From a virus (Duplodnaviria > Caudoviricetes): DNA of 46,443 nucleotides. The translations under genes and the position numbers were made by a program. Below the pieces are notes generated by a model. The model worked only from the letters and a program-made list of their open reading frames with translations, ran no database searches and was not told the DNA's origin. The DNA lies in IMG/VR virus record IMGVR_UViG_3300039916_000015, positions 1 to 46,443 of that record; one strand, given 5' to 3'. Below are positions 35,801 to 43,769 of the stretch, one piece after another. How positions within the stretch are numbered: position 1 is the first letter of the stretch; the number at the start of each line of letters is the position of its first letter.

Positions 35801-38035
35801 ACGCTGAACATTGGCGGCCGCCCGACTCCGGTCGTGATCCAGCAGCTCGAAGACATCCTGATCGACGTGGACGCCATCGCGGTCGATGTCGGCGAGGCGC
35901 TAGAGCAGGCGTCCGAGGCGCGAACGCTGGCCGCCTCGGGGGGCTATGCGTCCATGAACCCCAACCCGGTGTTCGCAAAAAACTGGGACAGCGGGCAAAT
36001 CCCGCCCGACTGGCAGGACTGGGCGACGGGCTGGGACAACACGCGCGTTGCCGGCGTTGAGAGCCCCAACGGCTATCGCATCAGCGTGCCCGCCACAGGG
36101 ACCGTCACTCAGGCCGCGCGTGGCATCGCCCAGGCCGGCGGCGTCGGATCGCTGGGGACCGCTCAGGGCGAGGCCTGGTATGTCCAAGAACTGACGATCA
36201 AGCTGATCTCCGGCTCGCTCGTCGGCGCGGGCTCGCACATTCAGTTCTGGAACGGGACCGACCTCCTCGGGTCGACCAACATCAACTGCGCCGCTGACAA
36301 GCCGCTTGGGCAGGTCGCGCCCGGCGCAGGTATTCCCGGCCAGGTGTATCGCTACGCCAAACTGTTCAAGACGGCAGCGAACACGAAGACGATCGTTCCC
36401 TACGCCATGGCTTTCTGGGAGGGCTATTGGAACGTCGCGCCGGTCGCCAAGGACGTGGTCATCACGAAGTGCCTCATCCGCCCAGCGACAGCTGGCGAGG
36501 TCGAGGAAGCCGAGGCGCGGGGCTCCTATCCGTCGATCGAAGCGCGGCTGACGGATCAGAACAATGCCCTGATCTCCGCGACGGCGGCGCTGGCGACACG
36601 CCAGAGCCTGACCGAAGCGAAGGCCGTCACCTACCCGAACCTGCTGCCCAACTCGAATATGGCCGAGTGGCCGGCGAAGTGGGAAGCGCCAGCCTGGGCC
36701 TCCTACCCCCACAAGGCCTTCGGACCGCTCGCTTACTGCTCGGCGTCTGGCGACAACTACATGCTGACGCAGGACATCCCTGTGAACGGCGGGGACACGA
36801 TCACCGTGTCCATTGCGGGCGACCCCGGCTCTAACCCCGGCGGCGGCGGGTTCTACGTCCAGTTTCTGCACGCTAACCGGTCGGTGATCTCGGACGGCAA
36901 CGGGTTCAAAAACTACAACGGCATGAGCTGGGTGAACCGGCTTTCGACCACGTTCACCACGCACCCGGAAACGGCCTTCATCAAGATCGTCTTCTGGAAG
37001 GGCCCGACCCAAGACATCGTCCACATCGGCGGATCGGTCATGGTCAACTTCGGACCGGTGGCGTTGAACTGGAACGACGCCGCATCGGCGCGTGAGATCG
37101 CCGGGCGGGTGAAGACCAGCGAGGGCGTGCTCGCCACGGTCAGCGGCCGGGTAATGTCGTGGTTCGAGAAGCTGCTGCAGGCTGGTGATGGAACCGCATT
37201 CATCCAGGCCAAGGCGCTCGACGATAACGGTGACGTCACGTCGGAAGTGAACCTCGGCGCTCGCAAACTCGGCCTGTTCACCCAGATCGGGAACGGCTGG
37301 GTCGAGGTGCTGAAGGTTGTGGGCACGGCCGCCCACTTCGCAGGCAAGGTCTTCATCGGCGGGCTTCAAGAGATCACCCTCGACCCCGATCTGCCCGGCA
37401 TCGTTTGGAAGATCGGCGGGGCGAACCTTGTCATTGGGCGCCTGCCATATGACGGCATGATACTGTGGTTCGGCCCGGCCATGGCGCCGACATCGATGCG
37501 CAAAACCAATGCGACGATGTGGCTCGATAACGCCGGCAACGCCCGGTTTCTCGGGTCGATCTTTGCTGGCCGCTTGTCGAACAGCGTCCAGGGCACCAGC
37601 CTTATCGCGCCGTCGTCCTCGACGGTCGGCCCCTTCGTCACCGAGGGCGGGCCGATCAACATCGCATGGTCTTACAATTACTATCGCGAAGGCTTCCGCA
37701 TCGGGAACCAGGGCACGTCAGGCCAGAGCTGGGCGATCGTCAAGTTGTTCCAGACCATCGGCGGTGGCGCGGAGACGATGGTTTCACAGCAGACCATCAA
37801 CGGCTCCTCGTCGGCCGAGGTGGTGAACGTCGCCGATCCGTTCGAGCCTCCGTCCTATCAGACGACGCTGCGCGAGACGATCACCGGCAGCTTCACCTTC
37901 ATGGACACGGCTGGCGGCACAACCCCGCGCACCTATCGCATGGAAGTCACCGCCCGACAGAACGCCACGTTCGGCGGGAACCCCGCAGGCGACACCCAAA
38001 GCCAGCGCTCCAGCATCGTCACCAGCGAAGGATAG
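32810..38035 (+). CDS. Central tail fibre / host-specificity protein J with fused N-terminal gpI-like domain
   Basis: 1741 aa; SNPA, YGDRV, FN3-like region, two NPxF/NLLPN CBM-like modules separated by coiled coils. Confidence 0.9.
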   Translation: MADGSVPIVLSPEPFARTTTYVEAPAGCTVRTMLASAITHGHLKLDDLPRTNVYVDGQRIDREETLSLVLAEGQIVNVVVEPLGGGGGGKKDIGQILLTIAVIAVSMWVGGPAGPLNAWPMLARQVAAAAILTAGQMAVAAIFKPETNVSKANDRYALSSASNQYRQWGSMPLALGEVVVAPDLAVKTFTQAQGEDQWIYGILGLHYGPCTAEDLKIGDTLVDSMGAGDVRVAYHLTPGPRTFSIVANDTDQLDLQEELAATPGGSTPVTRAASAEGERFEFDFFMPQGLYFAKDDGRKIGASLTVTIRYRPIDQNGVPTGSGAWANGLTIPLSSASSDPWRIMRALTLPLGRYEFQVQRSKLEDDNAKRKTDIGWTAIRAIAFRKPVLDETLSLIEFAVRASALNQGNLAPFTCRITPVCETWSGSAWGSPAPTSNPAAITRWLMTGPAPAIPLTKPQADVGLRTWAALCDQYNWKTHIYLTEDRKQDAVMQLLGMNGRASLFWDGTQLVSAPWVEKPAPRQLFAGSNLKDHRWEIVYPDPVHALRVEFQNIDQGGEADEIYVYADGYGETADPANNILPATLVEALRLEGQQTIERAYRDGRWNLGARMHQRRVDSWSTDIEHIVCRYGDRVRLAWDRVGTANATVRNRLWSGALVSGLRLSQPVRMEPGRTYALDLRLPDQVITGVPIVNPATTADVVTRSILFADLRNANVSPRGGDLVAFGEPERISEDVEIIGITPGTDLTANMVGIRYVAPLLMAGETGPIPPLQSRLTRDRAMDPPMPTLLGWQANEEGVRIGFSMPPWRGSPITGFTVRWRQTPAPGQSSAWLQLPDLPANAMTAVTPPLRELPAESTNVTSAQVQIVAVTADGRASPALQVTVQEAAVEQPPEGDWSITPMTSGPDGARQSGFLVIGTVASLNARRVTVEFGATAEGPWVSAFDGPPVDGVVRASIVGVQPGSQNYIAITYWTAQAVAPSERLIRGPLTAPPLVADDTLNIGGRPTPVVIQQLEDILIDVDAIAVDVGEALEQASEARTLAASGGYASMNPNPVFAKNWDSGQIPPDWQDWATGWDNTRVAGVESPNGYRISVPATGTVTQAARGIAQAGGVGSLGTAQGEAWYVQELTIKLISGSLVGAGSHIQFWNGTDLLGSTNINCAADKPLGQVAPGAGIPGQVYRYAKLFKTAANTKTIVPYAMAFWEGYWNVAPVAKDVVITKCLIRPATAGEVEEAEARGSYPSIEARLTDQNNALISATAALATRQSLTEAKAVTYPNLLPNSNMAEWPAKWEAPAWASYPHKAFGPLAYCSASGDNYMLTQDIPVNGGDTITVSIAGDPGSNPGGGGFYVQFLHANRSVISDGNGFKNYNGMSWVNRLSTTFTTHPETAFIKIVFWKGPTQDIVHIGGSVMVNFGPVALNWNDAASAREIAGRVKTSEGVLATVSGRVMSWFEKLLQAGDGTAFIQAKALDDNGDVTSEVNLGARKLGLFTQIGNGWVEVLKVVGTAAHFAGKVFIGGLQEITLDPDLPGIVWKIGGANLVIGRLPYDGMILWFGPAMAPTSMRKTNATMWLDNAGNARFLGSIFAGRLSNSVQGTSLIAPSSSTVGPFVTEGGPINIAWSYNYYREGFRIGNQGTSGQSWAIVKLFQTIGGGAETMVSQQTINGSSSAEVVNVADPFEPPSYQTTLRETITGSFTFMDTAGGTTPRTYRMEVTARQNATFGGNPAGDTQSQRSSIVTSEG

Positions 38036-38041
38036 AGCCCC

Positions 38042-38368
38042 ATGGCAAAGAAAACTGAAGAGCAGTTGCGCACTGAACAGGCGGAACTGGCGGCGTCGAA
38101 GGCGGCCGTTGATCGCCAGATCGCCTCGCTCGAGTTGGGGAAGGTCCAGGCCTTCGTCGACGCCCTCGCAATCGTCATCCCAGCCGAGGGCCTGACCACG
38201 CTCGAGCTGGCCGCCAGCGGCCTGCCCGACTTCGCCGGGCGCTATGCCGCTAACCTAATCGACGTCTTCAAGGCCACGCCTTCGCTGATGGCGATGGAGG
38301 TCGATCGGCTTCAGCGCGCGGCTGCTGAACCGGTCGCGCCGCCTGTCCAGCCCGAGCCTGTCGCGTAA
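38042..38368 (+). CDS. Hypothetical protein
   Basis: Directly follows J; coiled-coil N-terminus. Confidence 0.7.
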   Translation: MAKKTEEQLRTEQAELAASKAAVDRQIASLELGKVQAFVDALAIVIPAEGLTTLELAASGLPDFAGRYAANLIDVFKATPSLMAMEVDRLQRAAAEPVAPPVQPEPVA

Positions 38369-38404
38369 CCCTCAACCCACCCCTGAAACCGAGAGACCAT
38401 CACC

Positions 38405-38548
38405 ATGGACCACAATCTGATCGCCATTGCCCTGATCGCTGCCGCTGTCATTGGAGCGGTCGTCTTCATCCGCAGCCGCTCGAAGCGCGCCAACAGCTCC
38501 GGCAAGCCCGGCGGCTCGCCCTTCGGCATCGATAACAACGAGCGCTGA
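38405..38548 (+). CDS. 47-aa single-TM protein (not in the ORF track)
   Basis: MDHNLIAIALIAAAVIGAVVFIRSRSKR...; GAGAG upstream; phage-like codon usage. Confidence 0.65.
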   Translation: MDHNLIAIALIAAAVIGAVVFIRSRSKRANSSGKPGGSPFGIDNNER

Positions 38549-38606
38549 TCCAACCAGTAAGCCGCCCAACGGCTGTTCCACCACGGCCTGACTATCGGAG
38601 ACCTCC

Positions 38607-39086
38607 ATGGCTCGTTTCATCCGCTGGGTGGCGGAACCCTTCACCGTGTTCGGGATCGGCGCCACGCTGAACCTGATCCTCAGCGCGGCGGCCTATGCCG
38701 GCGTAATCGGCGCCGACCGGATAGACCCGGATTGGGTCTTTCTGGCGGGCGCGGCGGGGGGCATCGTGTCCGCCCTGGTCCACGTGGGCGTCGTGTCCCT
38801 CGGGTCCGAACCGGCGACCTCGCGCGAGATCATGCGCGCGGTGATAGAGGGCCTGTTCGCGGTCGTCGTCGGCGCTCTGGTCGCCCGGTTCTGGGCCGCA
38901 CCTATCGCCCTGAGGCTGGCGCCCGACATCAACCCCTCCGATCTGCGCGCCATCGGCTTCGGGATCGGCATGGGGGCCTGGCGGTTTGCTCCGGGCCTGT
39001 TCGGGGCCGTCAAACTGCTCTCCAACCCCGCCACCCTCCGCGACCTGGCCCTGCGCTGGTTGGGCGGCACGCGGGCAAACACGTGA
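38607..39086 (+). CDS. Holin-like multi-TM protein
   Basis: About four hydrophobic segments; GGAG RBS. Confidence 0.55.
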   Translation: MARFIRWVAEPFTVFGIGATLNLILSAAAYAGVIGADRIDPDWVFLAGAAGGIVSALVHVGVVSLGSEPATSREIMRAVIEGLFAVVVGALVARFWAAPIALRLAPDINPSDLRAIGFGIGMGAWRFAPGLFGAVKLLSNPATLRDLALRWLGGTRANT

Positions 39087-39556
39087 CCTCCGCCGATATC
39101 GTCACCGTCATCGCCGCCGGCATCGTCGGCCTGACCGTCTTCGCGCGGGCGGAGGTGGTCTCGCCGCGCGTGCGAAGTTCCTACGCGAGCAATGTATTCG
39201 TGCGCTTCGGCATGGACGCGGTGGCGCTGGTGACGGTCTTCGTCATTTTCGAAATCTGCGGCGGCGGGCATGTGCTTGATGCTGTCGCCTGGTTCTTCGT
39301 CATCGCCGCGCTGACCTCGACCGCCATGCTGGTCAGCATGTTCGTGCATGACGGGCGCGAGGTGCTGGAGGTGCGCCGGGCGGAGACGCGAGCCGCCGAC
39401 GTTCAAGACATGAAGGAGGCTGTCGCCGAGACGGTGCCGCCAGTCGTCGAACGCTCGCTGGAAAAGGTCGTCACCGCCTTTGCTGAACCCGCGCCGGACT
39501 ATGATCGCCTGATCCGGGTCGAGCCCGTCCAGCCATCGCCGCCTACCGCCGACTGA
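39083..39556 (+). CDS. Three-TM protein (holin/antiholin-like)
   Basis: GTGA-coupled start; three hydrophobic segments, charged C-terminus. Confidence 0.55.
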   Translation: MTSADIVTVIAAGIVGLTVFARAEVVSPRVRSSYASNVFVRFGMDAVALVTVFVIFEICGGGHVLDAVAWFFVIAALTSTAMLVSMFVHDGREVLEVRRAETRAADVQDMKEAVAETVPPVVERSLEKVVTAFAEPAPDYDRLIRVEPVQPSPPTAD

Positions 39557-39571
39557 CGAACCCGGTTCGCG
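39553..39571. repeat. Dispersed palindrome copy 5 (core CGAACCCGGTTCG, 39557-39569), intergenic
   Basis: 19-bp identity with the reverse complement of copy 3. Confidence 0.85.
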
Positions 39572-39620
39572 CGCGCCGTTCGCACCCACCACGAAATCTG
39601 ACCTGCCCAACGGAGACGCC

Positions 39621-40256
39621 ATGTCGCCCGCCGCCCTGAAGCGCGCCCTCGACCCAGCCTATATCGGGTCTCCATTTGTTCAGCCGTTCCAGTTTTTCGA
39701 CGGCGACGCGTCGATGCCGATGGATCTCGTCGGACGCTCGCTCGTCCTGTTCTTGCAGCAACAGGCGGCGCCTCATACGCACATCGAAATCCAAGGTCAG
39801 ATCTCTGCAGGCGGTCGCGTCACATTCGGCGTGACTGATACGTCAGCCTGGTCCAGCGGCGGCTATTCTGTGGAAGTACGGCTTGACGGTTCGTCGGTCG
39901 TCGTGGGTCGGATCTCCGTCGCCCAAGGCGCGGCGGCGCTCGGCCGCGATACGATGGGCGCGACGCAGCCCTTGTCTGCACCAGGCGTCGTGATCGCCGG
40001 CGCCGGGGTCGTGCAACTGGTCAATGTCGCCATCGTCATCGGCGGCGGGTCGGGCGGCGGGACGGCTGCTTACGTCCACACCCAGGCCTCGCCATCGGCG
40101 CTTTGGAACGTGAACCACAATCTGGGCCAGCGCCCCACGGTCAGCCTTCAGACCACGGGCGGCGTCGAGTTCGAGGGGGCGGTCACGCACCTCTCAGCCA
40201 ACCAGCTCCAAGTCCAACTCTCCTCACCCCAAACCGGCTTGGCCCGGTGCATCTAG
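39621..40256 (+). CDS. Fibre/baseplate-anchor-like virion protein
   Basis: BppU-like N-terminus; C-terminal YVHTQASPSALWNVNHNLG module. Confidence 0.55.
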   Translation: MSPAALKRALDPAYIGSPFVQPFQFFDGDASMPMDLVGRSLVLFLQQQAAPHTHIEIQGQISAGGRVTFGVTDTSAWSSGGYSVEVRLDGSSVVVGRISVAQGAAALGRDTMGATQPLSAPGVVIAGAGVVQLVNVAIVIGGGSGGGTAAYVHTQASPSALWNVNHNLGQRPTVSLQTTGGVEFEGAVTHLSANQLQVQLSSPQTGLARCI

Positions 40257-40266
40257 GAATCTGATT

Positions 40267-41061
40267 ATGTCCAAGCCTGTTCTCTCGGATCTCGACTTCG
40301 GCGGCGTCAGCCGCGTCCTGGCGCTGCCTCAGGCCGTCGCCGCTGGGCAACCCGTCACCTACGAGCAGTGGCTCGCCGCCCAAGAGGGCATGGCGTGGAA
40401 GAACCCAGTCGACGCCGCGTCGGTCGGCAACATCAACCTCGCCGCCCCAGGCACGACGATCGACGGCGTGACGATGACGACCGGCGGCCGGTTCCTCGCC
40501 AAGGATCAGACGACCAGCACCGACAACGGCATTTACGTCTGGAACGGCGCCTCCACCGTCGCCACGCGCGCCAGCGACCTGAACGCCTCGGCAGAGTTCA
40601 ACTCGGCAATCGTCCCTGTCCGCGCAGGCACCGCGAATGGCGGCACGCAATGGCGCCAGACCGCTTCGAACCCGACCGTCGGCACCACGCCCATCGTGTT
40701 CGTGACCTTCTCGTCGGGCGCGCCCGCCGCTTCAGAGTCGGCGGCCGGCATCGCCGAGATCGCAACCCAGGCGGAAACCGACGCCGGCGCCGACGACGCC
40801 CGGTTCATCACGCCGCTGAAGCTGAAGTCTTCAGCGCTGCTGCTCAAGAAGCTGTCGGCCCTGATCGGAGACGCTTCGGCGACGCAGTTCGTCGTCACGC
40901 ACAACCTGAACACCAGAGACGTCCAGGTCGCGGTCTACCGCAACTCCGGCGCCTATGACGAAGTCCTGGTCGACATGGAGCACACGACGGTCAACGCGGT
41001 GACCATTCGCTTCACCACGCCGCCGGCGGCGAACGCCTTCCGTGTCGTGGTGATCGGCTAA
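40267..41061 (+). CDS. Fibre protein (head or tail fibre type)
   Basis: LAKDQT...NGIY...RASD, GIAEIATQAE, ITPLKL, VTHNLNTRDVQV. Confidence 0.65.
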   Translation: MSKPVLSDLDFGGVSRVLALPQAVAAGQPVTYEQWLAAQEGMAWKNPVDAASVGNINLAAPGTTIDGVTMTTGGRFLAKDQTTSTDNGIYVWNGASTVATRASDLNASAEFNSAIVPVRAGTANGGTQWRQTASNPTVGTTPIVFVTFSSGAPAASESAAGIAEIATQAETDAGADDARFITPLKLKSSALLLKKLSALIGDASATQFVVTHNLNTRDVQVAVYRNSGAYDEVLVDMEHTTVNAVTIRFTTPPAANAFRVVVIG

Positions 41062-41744
41062 TGCCGAAGCTCCTGACAGCCCTCACGCCTGAGGCCGGCG
41101 GCTCGCTTCCGTCGTCGGGCGGTGACGCCGCTGCGGTGATCCTGAAGCCGCGCCTCTACGCAAACCCGACCGTTCATCGTCTCGGCTCGCGCTGGAACAG
41201 GCGCGGCGGAAGCTCGGGTTCCTATGCCGCCACGACGCAGGTCAAGGCTGTTCCGATCGATGTCGTCGGGCTGGATATCGTCGGCGTCACCATGCACGTG
41301 CAGGGGGGGCTATCGGGCACGGTCTATTTCGAGGCCGGCATCTATGACAGCGACGAGCAAGGGATGCCCCGGAACCTGCTGGCCAAGGAAGACTTCCAGC
41401 TGACGAGTGGCGGGGGGAAGAACTTCACCTTCACCACGCCGATCCTCGCCTCAGCCCACAACGGTCGGCTCTGGCTGGCCTATGCCATCAACTATGGATC
41501 GGGGGGCGGGGTCCAGCTTTCCAACTGTATCCCTACCGGCATAGCATCGTTGGAAGTCGGCAGCTTCGACGCCGCCCAGGATCTCAACTTCGAAGTCGCG
41601 GCACAGTCGGTCATCAGCGCCAATGCGATCGGGGGCACGCTGGGGACGGCGGGACGTCCATGGCCGGCAGCCTTTGGCGCCTACGGCATCGCCGCCAGTG
41701 AACAGTTCCCCAATATGGCGGTTCGCGTCAGGAGACCGGCGTAA
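41061..41744 (+). CDS. Putative fibre tip / receptor-binding domain
   Basis: TAATG-coupled; beta-rich GIYDSD..G.P..LLA pattern. Confidence 0.5.
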   Translation: MPKLLTALTPEAGGSLPSSGGDAAAVILKPRLYANPTVHRLGSRWNRRGGSSGSYAATTQVKAVPIDVVGLDIVGVTMHVQGGLSGTVYFEAGIYDSDEQGMPRNLLAKEDFQLTSGGGKNFTFTTPILASAHNGRLWLAYAINYGSGGGVQLSNCIPTGIASLEVGSFDAAQDLNFEVAAQSVISANAIGGTLGTAGRPWPAAFGAYGIAASEQFPNMAVRVRRPA

Positions 41745-42052
41745 TGGGCTCGGTATATTTCCCCCAAGAGGACCGCTGGGACCACGGCACGGTCGAGGAG
41801 CACAGGGCGAGCCGCAAGGCGTCTATCCGCGCGGAGGCTCAGGGCCGGACCCTGTCTATTTGGCCACTCTGGAAACAGGCGAACGCTGCGCTGGGCCTGT
41901 ACGACCAGGACAAGGCAGACCGTTGTCGGGACTACCTCGCCCGCGTGCAGGGATATGTCGAGGCGCTGGACGTCCAGATCGACGCGGCGACGGACCACGA
42001 AGCCATTGAGGCTGTCGAGTATCGGTCCGACGACCACGAGGGCTTGGCGTGA
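41744..42052 (+). CDS. Putative fibre assembly chaperone
   Basis: PLWKQAN...IDAATDHEAIEAV pattern of Tfa-like small proteins. Confidence 0.5.
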   Translation: MGSVYFPQEDRWDHGTVEEHRASRKASIRAEAQGRTLSIWPLWKQANAALGLYDQDKADRCRDYLARVQGYVEALDVQIDAATDHEAIEAVEYRSDDHEGLA

Positions 42053-42180
42053 CTGCGTGGGCGATGCGGCGCCGGACTCGGCATCGTCGCCTGCGCCTGC
42101 GTTGGGACCGCATTGGCCCGCTCATCCTGTTTCCGCTCGCGTTCTGGGGCGCTGTCGCCGGCATCATCGCTCTGGCCTGA
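42049..42180 (+). CDS. 43-aa Arg-rich single-TM peptide (not in the ORF track)
   Basis: GTGA-coupled; MTAWAMRRRTRHRRLRLRWDRIGPLILFPLAFWGAVAGIIALA. Confidence 0.55.
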   Translation: MTAWAMRRRTRHRRLRLRWDRIGPLILFPLAFWGAVAGIIALA

Positions 42181-42200
42181 TAACGAGCGGCGGAACGTCA

Positions 42201-42464
42201 TCAGGGCGAGCGAAAAGGCTGGGCCATCAGATCGCCCAACCACTGCGAGCGCTGCCGAAGTTCAGGGCGTAGTTCGGCGATCTGCTGCAGCAGATCGGCC
42301 GTGCGCTGCATATTGTAGAGCGCGCGGCTGAGTTCGCTGTCCTGCTGATCGCGATCCAGTCCCCTGCGCGCGGCTCGTCTGATCGAACGATCCAGGCCGG
42401 CCGCGAATACGGCCGCCACCCGCACCTTTGCGTTGACGCTGTCCTGCTCAGTCGCCGAGGTCAT
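42201..42464 (-). CDS. Hypothetical protein (antisense moron gene 2)
   Basis: ATGA-coupled to the upstream gene, GAGG RBS. Confidence 0.6.
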   Translation of the reverse strand: MTSATEQDSVNAKVRVAAVFAAGLDRSIRRAARRGLDRDQQDSELSRALYNMQRTADLLQQIAELRPELRQRSQWLGDLMAQPFRSP

Positions 42465-42709
42465 GAGACACCTCGCAAATAGTGCTGCACCGCCCGCAAA
42501 CCCTCAATGTCCGCCCGATCAAGGCGAGGCTGCTGGTCCCGCTTCAAGCCGCTGATCACGAGGTCGATCAGAGCGACGCAGTCGGCGGACGTTTTGGGCG
42601 ACTGGCGCAAGGCGAGCAAGACCAGGTCGTCAATGGCGTCAGCGGTGTCTTCGGGGTCATCAATCTGGTGAAGCCGAAGGGCAGATGAAGAAATAGCGGC
42701 CCGGCGCAC
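42461..42709 (-). CDS. Hypothetical protein (antisense moron gene 1)
   Basis: AGGAGG RBS 6 nt before the GTG. Confidence 0.65.
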   Translation of the reverse strand: MRRAAISSSALRLHQIDDPEDTADAIDDLVLLALRQSPKTSADCVALIDLVISGLKRDQQPRLDRADIEGLRAVQHYLRGVS

Positions 42710-42795
42710 GACCGTCCTCCTGAACGATGGGGGCGTTCGCAGCTGTCCTGCCCGTTCGCCTCCCTGACGAGAGCCAGCGTTGGCTCAACCCTAAA

Positions 42796-42822
42796 GTTAT
42801 AGCGCGCATCCGACGCGAGCAA
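42796..42822 (-). promoter_or_regulatory. Housekeeping-sigma promoter for the antisense moron
   Basis: TTGCTC-N13-GCTATAAC, fitting the Caulobacter-type TTG...GCTANAWC consensus. Confidence 0.6.
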
Positions 42823-42846
42823 TTCTCACAATCTGGAGACTGAACC

Positions 42847-43326
42847 ATGGCCTATGCACTGGGCGCGGCTTCGCGCGCAAAACTCGAAAGCGTCCATCCC
42901 GACCTGGTGCGGGTCGTGGTTCGCGCGATCTCGATCTCCAAGGTGGATTTCAAGGTGATCGAGGGCGTGCGCTCTCGTGAGCAGATGATGATCAATTACG
43001 GCAAGGGCCGCACGGCCGCCCAGCTGGCAGTCAAAGCCATTGCAGCGAAATACGCCAAGCCGGGCGACGCCAAGGTGACCTGGCTCGCGGACCCGTTCAA
43101 CACGAAGCACGCCATCCAGAAAGACGGCTTCAGCCATGCCGTAGACTGCCTGATCGCCCCCTACGATTGGAAGGAAGGGCCGGGCTGGAAGTTGATGTAT
43201 CAGGCCTTCATGGAGGCTGCTCGCATCGAGAAGGTCCGTGTCCGCTGGGGCCGGGACTGGGACGAGGACGGCGTGATCGGAGAGAAGGGCGAGACTGACG
43301 GTCCGCACTTCGAGTTGGTCCGATGA
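42847..43326 (+). CDS. Endolysin, M15 family (L-Ala-D-Glu peptidase-like)
   Basis: VHPDLVRVV...EGVRS, H...HAVD, RWGRDW, DGPHFEL. Confidence 0.92.
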   Translation: MAYALGAASRAKLESVHPDLVRVVVRAISISKVDFKVIEGVRSREQMMINYGKGRTAAQLAVKAIAAKYAKPGDAKVTWLADPFNTKHAIQKDGFSHAVDCLIAPYDWKEGPGWKLMYQAFMEAARIEKVRVRWGRDWDEDGVIGEKGETDGPHFELVR

Positions 43327-43769
43327 GCGGCCTCGCCGGTGTCGCCTGGCGCGGCCTGACCTCTCGGCTCGGCCTCGGGATCATCTGTGTCCTGCTGATC
43401 GCCGCGTCCGTGACGGCCTCCTACCAATGGGGCGTGACGCACCGCGATCTGGTCCGGGAAGAGCAGCGCGGCGACGGCCTCTATGCCGCGATCAACACCG
43501 AGGGCACCGGCTACAAGGATCGGCTGACCATGTGTCACGCCAACCTAGCCGGCGCGCAGTCAGCCTTGTCCCGGCAGAACCAGGCGGTCGATGACCTGAA
43601 GGCCGCCAGCGACGCCGCCGCCGATCGAGCGCAGGCCGCCGTCAACGCCGCCCAGGCCCGCGCCACGGCCGCCCAGCAGCGTGCCCAGCAGCTGCTGCTC
43701 GAAACACCCCGCCCCGGCGAAACCCGCTGCGAAGCGGCCGACCGGCTTATCCTGGAGCAAGTCCGATGA
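43323..43769 (+). CDS. Inner-membrane spanin (Rz-like)
   Basis: N-terminal TM, coiled coil, QNQAVDDL, terminal Cys. Confidence 0.8.
   Translation: MSGLAGVAWRGLTSRLGLGIICVLLIAASVTASYQWGVTHRDLVREEQRGDGLYAAINTEGTGYKDRLTMCHANLAGAQSALSRQNQAVDDLKAASDAAADRAQAAVNAAQARATAAQQRAQQLLLETPRPGETRCEAADRLILEQVR

Noticed and set aside
33257-37369. Long minus-strand ORFs (740 aa and 489 aa) opposite gene J, and similar ones opposite parB and the head genes
   Set aside because: Shadow ORFs expected from high-GC codon bias; the opposite strand carries clear phage proteins
32810-42052. Diversity-generating retroelement or invertible fibre cassette
   Set aside because: No reverse transcriptase, invertase or duplicated template/variable repeat was seen
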